The translations under genes and the position numbers were made by a program. Positions 58,135 to 64,000 of a stretch of DNA of 64,000 nucleotides are shown one piece after another. The stretch lies in the IMG/VR virus record IMGVR_UViG_3300046804_004848, positions 73,960 to 137,959 of that record; one strand, 5' to 3'. Position 1 is the stretch's first letter. Every line of letters begins with the position of its first letter. This DNA comes from a virus. The notes beneath the pieces were generated by a model, which saw only the letters and a list, made by a program, of their open reading frames with translations, was not told the origin of the DNA and searched no databases.

Positions 58135-59190
58135 ATGAGCTTACACAAGACTGCAGGTAAACCAATTAGAACATATGATGAGCAAGGTTATTGGCGAGAT
58201 TGGAGCACTGATGAATTAGTCGGTGCAAAACTTAATTACTTACAAGGTTGGAAATGTGGCGCAGGAGTAGATAGCCTATTCATTGATATGGATGGCAATG
58301 TGTGGACTGCTAGTTGTCGTGTAGGTGGACAATTAGGCAGTGTATGGGATACGTTTGAAGTACCCAATACTTGGATTGATTGCACAAAAAACGTGTGTTC
58401 ATGTGGCGCAGACTTGTTCATACCTAAAGCAACAGATGAAAAGAAAATCATACTATTGCGTCAAAGTCAAGAATTAGATACTTTGATGGACAGACACAAT
58501 CCTGACCTAACAAACTTTGTAGCAATGGAGCGCACACATGCTAGTAACCAAAAACAAATATATTGGGAAATTGGCAGACGTTGTAACTATGATTGTTCAT
58601 ACTGTTGGCCTTGGATACACAATAATACTGACCCACACAAACCATTAGAAGATTTAATTAAAGCCACTAACTTACTTGAAGAAAAGTTTATGCATGGTGA
58701 TAGCGTAAACTTTATTATAAGTGGGGGTGAACCTACTACTAACAAAGACTTTTTAGATTGGTTACGGTACTTAAATGCATTTGGTCATCATATTAGCTTA
58801 CATAGTAATGGTTCACGTAAACCTGATTATTATCGTGAAGTTATACATTATGGTGATTTAAACTTATCCGTACACTTTGAGTTTTATGATAGAGCAAGAT
58901 TTGTTAAAGTTGTAGAAGCTGTAACAGATGAAAAGTATAAAGCTAATAACTTTAATGTTGGTCATCTTGAAGTAAAATTTATGATGCCACCCCAATATGT
59001 TGAAGAATCATTATCGCTAGAAGAAGAATTAAAACGTATACCACACTTTACTGAATTATGCACATGGGCATTTGTACCTATTCGTGGTAGTATGCAAAAC
59101 AAGTTTTCTAAACCTGAAGATGATAGTGGTGCAGAAGTTATGGAAGGATATGCTCCTGAACATTATGTATTGTTCGGTGACCGTAAATGA
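58135..59190 (+). CDS. Radical SAM protein with N-terminal Cys-rich auxiliary domain
   Basis: CGAG...SCRVGG...CTKNVCSC, then CNYDCSYC, GGEPT, SNGSR. Confidence 0.9.
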   Translation: MSLHKTAGKPIRTYDEQGYWRDWSTDELVGAKLNYLQGWKCGAGVDSLFIDMDGNVWTASCRVGGQLGSVWDTFEVPNTWIDCTKNVCSCGADLFIPKATDEKKIILLRQSQELDTLMDRHNPDLTNFVAMERTHASNQKQIYWEIGRRCNYDCSYCWPWIHNNTDPHKPLEDLIKATNLLEEKFMHGDSVNFIISGGEPTTNKDFLDWLRYLNAFGHHISLHSNGSRKPDYYREVIHYGDLNLSVHFEFYDRARFVKVVEAVTDEKYKANNFNVGHLEVKFMMPPQYVEESLSLEEELKRIPHFTELCTWAFVPIRGSMQNKFSKPEDDSGAEVMEGYAPEHYVLFGDRK

Positions 59191-60542
59191 TACCAATTTA
59201 TCCTGACCGTCCTAATACATTATGTAATTATGCTTGGGATTACTTACTATTTTACATAAGTGAACCAAGTTTTACCTATTGTTGTAGAACTGAACGAACT
59301 AAAATTACACCTGAAATGGCACGAGGTTATGGTAGTGAATTATTTTCAAATTTACCTGAACATATTGAACGTAGACGTAGCTTACTACAAAATCATCAAC
59401 ATAAAGATTGTAACACTTGTTGGAGTTTGGAAAATAAAGGATTCAAAAGCGCACGTAATGACATTAAATTTGAAGAGTATATGCATCGTAATACAGGTGA
59501 ATTACCAATTACCAAAAGTGATTTAATTGACAACCCAAGTTATGAATTAAGCTCTTATGCAAACATCATTGAAATTGTGTTGAATAATACGTGTGATGCA
59601 AAGTGTACTTATTGTAGTGAACATTATAGCACACAATGGTACGCAGAAAAGAAAAAATTTAATATACCCATGACACGTGAAAGCAGTCAAATTGGCGCAC
59701 GTGATCCTAAAGTAGAAGCATTGTTTTGGCAATGGTACAGAGATGTTGGTATGAAACAATTAATTAGGTTTGGTTTTATTGGCGGCGAACCACTCATTAC
59801 TGATTTAATTTACGAATGCTTTGACAAGCTTATAGAAATACATAATGCATCCCCAAGATTACAACCTGTAGAAAATTTATTAAATGGTGATGGTATTAGT
59901 AAAATTGAGTTATGCATTACTACTAATATGAATACTCCTGAAGCGTATTTTCAAAAATTTTTAGAATACTTACCAAAACTCAATGAACATTTTAATGTCA
60001 TCATACAAGTAAGTGGAGAAAATATTGGTGAAGAACTTGAATACATAAGATATGGAGTAAAATGGAATAGATTTAAGAATAATCTTGAAAAACTATTATC
60101 ATTGCAAGCTTTAGTCACTATAGATTTTATGCCGTGTATTAACCTAATTGGTTTACCATCATTATACAAGTACACGGATTATTTCAAACATTGTATAGAA
60201 GCATACTATCCCATACATATTCATAGAAACATTGTTACTTGGCCTACACAACAAAGTCCAATGTGTGCTCCTAAAGAGTTTGCAAGTTATTTTGAAAAAC
60301 CTATAGCTACGTTTAATTCGTTATTAGCAGATGAAAAGTATAAAGATTGCAAACCTTATCATAATTGGGTTGTATTTAGAGATTTTTTAGAACAAACACG
60401 TGATGCTATATTAAACAACCCACCTATGAGTAATATGTGGCATACAGGAGAGGAAGTTGGTATATTTTTTGAAGAATTGGACAAGCGTAGAAATACAGAA
60501 TTTTTAAAGACTTTTCCTGAGTTTGTTACTTGGGTGCAATAG
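59187..60542 (+). CDS. Radical SAM protein, N-terminal twitch/SPASM-like domain
   Basis: CNYAW...YCCR...CNTCW; CDAKCTYC; GGEPL; TTN. Confidence 0.9.
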   Translation: MIPIYPDRPNTLCNYAWDYLLFYISEPSFTYCCRTERTKITPEMARGYGSELFSNLPEHIERRRSLLQNHQHKDCNTCWSLENKGFKSARNDIKFEEYMHRNTGELPITKSDLIDNPSYELSSYANIIEIVLNNTCDAKCTYCSEHYSTQWYAEKKKFNIPMTRESSQIGARDPKVEALFWQWYRDVGMKQLIRFGFIGGEPLITDLIYECFDKLIEIHNASPRLQPVENLLNGDGISKIELCITTNMNTPEAYFQKFLEYLPKLNEHFNVIIQVSGENIGEELEYIRYGVKWNRFKNNLEKLLSLQALVTIDFMPCINLIGLPSLYKYTDYFKHCIEAYYPIHIHRNIVTWPTQQSPMCAPKEFASYFEKPIATFNSLLADEKYKDCKPYHNWVVFRDFLEQTRDAILNNPPMSNMWHTGEEVGIFFEELDKRRNTEFLKTFPEFVTWVQ

Positions 60543-61683
60543 GCACTAACTCACTTTTAAGTTGTGGTACAATATCCTCTATATTCTTAGTTCTCAATTT
60601 GTTTAACTGTGCAGTTCGCTCTATCCATAAGTTATGCATATGGTCAGTACATGCACCTTGGCTAAGATAATCAATGACACCTGTATAACAATCATTTGTG
60701 TTAAGCATCCGATAATATTCAATAAGTGCATCTACAGTAGGTTGTGTAAGTATTCGTGCAGATTGCATTTCAGGACGTATAACAAAGTGATTAAATTTTA
60801 TAGATGGTCGTTTTTTATGAATTGGGTTATTTTCCCACCAATTTTTAAGTTCATGTAAATTAAAAATGTTATATGAACATATTGCACAGCTTAGTGAAAA
60901 ATGATCAATGTTTGAGAGTTTACTCCATCTGTTTAAAGTCTTTTGAATATTCTCAATATCACTAGTGTATTTGGTATTGGGTGCTAATCTTATCCAAGTG
61001 TTTAATTCACCAATTGCATCAATACTACAAACAAAAATTACACTTTTTGCTTGTTCAATATATTCTAATATAGGTTCATTAATGACAGTACAATTAGTAG
61101 TAACCATAATATTAACATGCTTAAGTTGGTCAATTTCTTTAAGCTTTTGTAATACTAAAACATTTTCTTTATTAAGAAATGGTTCTCCACCTTTTAACCA
61201 CAATGTTTGTAAATTTGATAGGTCAATATTATCTAATAATTTTCTTGCAATATCTCGGTTAATTGGTTCAATTTTATGAACACCGTCATTATTCCATCCA
61301 TGTTTGTTAGCTAATTCAACCCATGCACTACTCCAATCTTCATTACACATAGCACAAGCTAAGTTACAGGTATTCGTACTACTATATTCTAAGTATAAAA
61401 TTTTTTCAGATGGGTCATAAGGAACTTTACTATAAACATTCAGCCTAACACTTGTATTAGTTTGTTCTTCACGCTGTTTGCAAAAACGACAACTAGGATG
61501 CCATACACCATCAAGCATGTGCTGTTTAACACTTTTCATAAAATCACTTGTTCTTATTTCTTGTATCGTACTTTTGTTTAAGTTTCCACAAGAATCTTTA
61601 TAATCCCATCCACAACATGGGTTTACACTTTTATCAGGATTAATAGTTAAACTATTAAATGGTGCGCTACATAATACTTTCAT
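60526..61683 (-). CDS. Radical SAM protein, N-terminal twitch/SPASM-like domain
   Basis: CSAPF...PCC...CRFC; CNLACAMC; GGEPF. Confidence 0.9.
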   Translation of the reverse strand: MKVLCSAPFNSLTINPDKSVNPCCGWDYKDSCGNLNKSTIQEIRTSDFMKSVKQHMLDGVWHPSCRFCKQREEQTNTSVRLNVYSKVPYDPSEKILYLEYSSTNTCNLACAMCNEDWSSAWVELANKHGWNNDGVHKIEPINRDIARKLLDNIDLSNLQTLWLKGGEPFLNKENVLVLQKLKEIDQLKHVNIMVTTNCTVINEPILEYIEQAKSVIFVCSIDAIGELNTWIRLAPNTKYTSDIENIQKTLNRWSKLSNIDHFSLSCAICSYNIFNLHELKNWWENNPIHKKRPSIKFNHFVIRPEMQSARILTQPTVDALIEYYRMLNTNDCYTGVIDYLSQGACTDHMHNLWIERTAQLNKLRTKNIEDIVPQLKSELVPIAPK

Positions 61684-63026
61684 AATATTCTTGGAATGTC
61701 CTCTTTTATTTCTTCATAAAATTCTGAAAAAACATCGCTAAATTTTTCTTGTCGCAAAACGTCAATTTGGGTATTATAATTACAAAATTTTATCCATTCT
61801 TTTTTGTCATACTCTTTAGAATTCATAAACTCTAATATGTCATGAATTTTTACGGTTTGTGCATGATAATTAACATATTTATAGTTGCTTAATTTCTGTG
61901 TTATAACTTTTTTAACATGATTAGGCATATTAATAATAGACAAGTTTTGAGGGTGATGTAAGATATTTAATATAAATGGAAACTCTAATTCAGATAACTC
62001 ATCAAAAATATTGTCCAAGTAAAATACATTATATATACTTACTGTGATGTAAATATAAAACTTATGTTTAAACTGATAATAAGATGATATTAGTTTATAG
62101 TTTTGTAAGTTGGAGAGTACTTCTGCATAAACAGCATTTTTTCTTTGATATTCAAATCTTTTTCCAACATCATCAATACTAAAATTAACGACAATAAAAT
62201 CAAAGTTTACCCACTTGTCAATAATATCTTGATTAAAAATAGTACCATTAGTATTATATAATAAGTCTTGTTTTTTAGAAGCACCTTTTTCAATCATCAA
62301 GTCTAAAATTCTATCATGCTCTTGTTGCATCATAGGTTCGCCACCAAAAAATTCAAAGCGCAAAAGTCCATCAGCCCAATTCAATAAAATTTTTGTATTT
62401 TCCTCATTGACTAACAGTTTTTCTTTTGCATTCTCACTCCATACTTTAATAGTCCTTTTATCTGCCCATACCAATTCGTTATAGTCTTTAATCCATTGAC
62501 TACTTGACCACGGACCACACACCCTGCATCTAAGATTACATAGATTGCTTAATTTTAAATCTATGTTAGTAGGTTGTCCTTTAAATGCTTGGTTAAAATT
62601 TACTTTTTTTGGCTCAGGTGGTTTGCCCCAAGAAGGCTTATGTATCCAATTATAGTTAGATATTTGCCTTAAACTTTTTATTGACTTATCCTCTTCAACC
62701 CAACATATCTCGCATTTTTTTGGTTTTTCGTTGCGCATAAATTGATCACGCAATGTGTTCAATTCCTTACTATTATATAAATTTTCTAATGAAATAGTTT
62801 TTAAAGTATCATCTGAATCATTACTTTTAAAACCATCATACTTACAACAAGGTCTTATTGATCCTGATGCTGTAATTTCCATATTTATAAATGGTGCGGA
62901 ACAGAAATTACTTGGTATTTTAGATTCCCAATCCTCTGTGTTGCTTATTCCCCAATCATAATCCTCATCAATAGCTTGAAACAAGTTATTGTTAGCTATT
63001 GCTACTTGATATTTTTCCCAATTCAT
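61680..63026 (-). CDS. Radical SAM protein, N-terminal twitch/SPASM-like domain
   Basis: CSAPF...PCC...CEIC; CNLRCRVC; GGEPM; TNGT. Confidence 0.9.
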   Translation of the reverse strand: MNWEKYQVAIANNNLFQAIDEDYDWGISNTEDWESKIPSNFCSAPFINMEITASGSIRPCCKYDGFKSNDSDDTLKTISLENLYNSKELNTLRDQFMRNEKPKKCEICWVEEDKSIKSLRQISNYNWIHKPSWGKPPEPKKVNFNQAFKGQPTNIDLKLSNLCNLRCRVCGPWSSSQWIKDYNELVWADKRTIKVWSENAKEKLLVNEENTKILLNWADGLLRFEFFGGEPMMQQEHDRILDLMIEKGASKKQDLLYNTNGTIFNQDIIDKWVNFDFIVVNFSIDDVGKRFEYQRKNAVYAEVLSNLQNYKLISSYYQFKHKFYIYITVSIYNVFYLDNIFDELSELEFPFILNILHHPQNLSIINMPNHVKKVITQKLSNYKYVNYHAQTVKIHDILEFMNSKEYDKKEWIKFCNYNTQIDVLRQEKFSDVFSEFYEEIKEDIPRIL

Positions 63027-64000
63027 AATAATCTTTTACAATCAATTAAAAAAGGAACCATCTCAGGAAACGTTGGTTCAAAATGTATGTTTCTACGTTG
63101 TTGCATTTTAATGACATTTTCAGCAAATTCACGTTTTGCTTTATTATTTTTTTCAGGATTTTCTAAACCACGTTTAACTGTTTGTAAAAAACTCATGTAA
63201 TGATCCCATCTTCCAAACAAATTATAGTTTGCAACCATCATCTTAGGTTGTTTTAAATAGTCAGCCATAATATCAATGGCTTCACTGACATATTTTGAAT
63301 ATTCTGTGGGTAAAATATAAGGACTTAACCAATGAGGATGACTAATTTGGTTTTGACGCAAATGTATTTTACGATTGGTTCGCTCTTGTAAATCTATAAT
63401 CCAACGTATAAAATTAGGCAAATCTGATATACACAAAGCATTTAGAGCAATTTGTAAGTTGAAAATAATACGCTGTTGTTCAGGGTCAATTAAATTAATA
63501 AACTCAATGTAATGCTCAATATTTTCTGTCATTACATTCCAATCTGTTCCTGTACGAATATATTCAGCACGTTGACCAATGCTTTCGCAACTTACATTAA
63601 AATCTAGAGTAAATTGTTCCACTGACACAATGCGCAGTGTAGTATCTAAAAAACGATCATAAAACTTCTTTGGTGTATTAAAGTTTGTTACAATACTAAA
63701 ATCAATATTCTTCTGTTCGGTTTTGTGGTCATCATAAAACTTACATATTCTGTCAGCATAAGTGTAAAATTTTTCTATAATTAATGGTTCACCACCAATA
63801 AAGTTAATGCAATATGTATTGTAACCACTTTCGTTTTCAAACCAATCCCACCAATATGTTTCATACACTGTATCTTTAATTTTAGGAAGTTCTATTTCCA
63901 TTTCTTCAGGTTTAATTTCACCATATTTAAGACGTTCTGCTGCCCATTGTGAACTATAATGATGATGACAATACAAACATTTTAAATCGCATATATTGCC
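63023..64000 (-). CDS. Radical SAM protein, 5' end beyond the window
   Basis: Frame open to 64000: GNICDLKCLYC; GGEPL. Confidence 0.88.
   Translation of the reverse strand, partial: GNICDLKCLYCHHHYSSQWAAERLKYGEIKPEEMEIELPKIKDTVYETYWWDWFENESGYNTYCINFIGGEPLIIEKFYTYADRICKFYDDHKTEQKNIDFSIVTNFNTPKKFYDRFLDTTLRIVSVEQFTLDFNVSCESIGQRAEYIRTGTDWNVMTENIEHYIEFINLIDPEQQRIIFNLQIALNALCISDLPNFIRWIIDLQERTNRKIHLRQNQISHPHWLSPYILPTEYSKYVSEAIDIMADYLKQPKMMVANYNLFGRWDHYMSFLQTVKRGLENPEKNNKAKREFAENVIKMQQRRNIHFEPTFPEMVPFLIDCKRLL

Noticed and set aside
1-64000. Stop-codon reassignment
   Set aside because: Core genes are full length under the standard code

Overview
AT-rich, densely coding, mostly minus-strand segment of a large T4-related tailed phage. 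Markers are gp17 terminase, UvsX/UvsY, gp32 SSB, DNA ligase, ThyX, sigma70-type early promoters and TAAATA late promoters. The porin, BMP lipoprotein, AhpC/AhpD and DadA suggest a betaproteobacterial-like host (inference). Highlights: (1) a circularly permuted two-piece tmRNA (tag ANDDTYLLAANA) whose ~273-nt intervening segment holds a whole membrane-protein ORF, in the same window as phage ClpX and bS21; (2) a fixed TAAATA-N5-start-codon layout implying leaderless late mRNAs; (3) proteins with T4-like capsid-targeting N-termini and (I/L)xE-punctuated enzyme domains, i.e. candidate virion-packaged polyprotein effectors; (4) six radical SAM enzymes, including a domain-swapped pair, next to a 1290-aa repeat protein built from a glycosyltransferase-like motif; (5) a minimal PHP-less DnaE; (6) apparent avoidance of CCAG/CCGG/TCGA with CCWGG tolerated. 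All calls come from reading motifs by eye; no searches were run.
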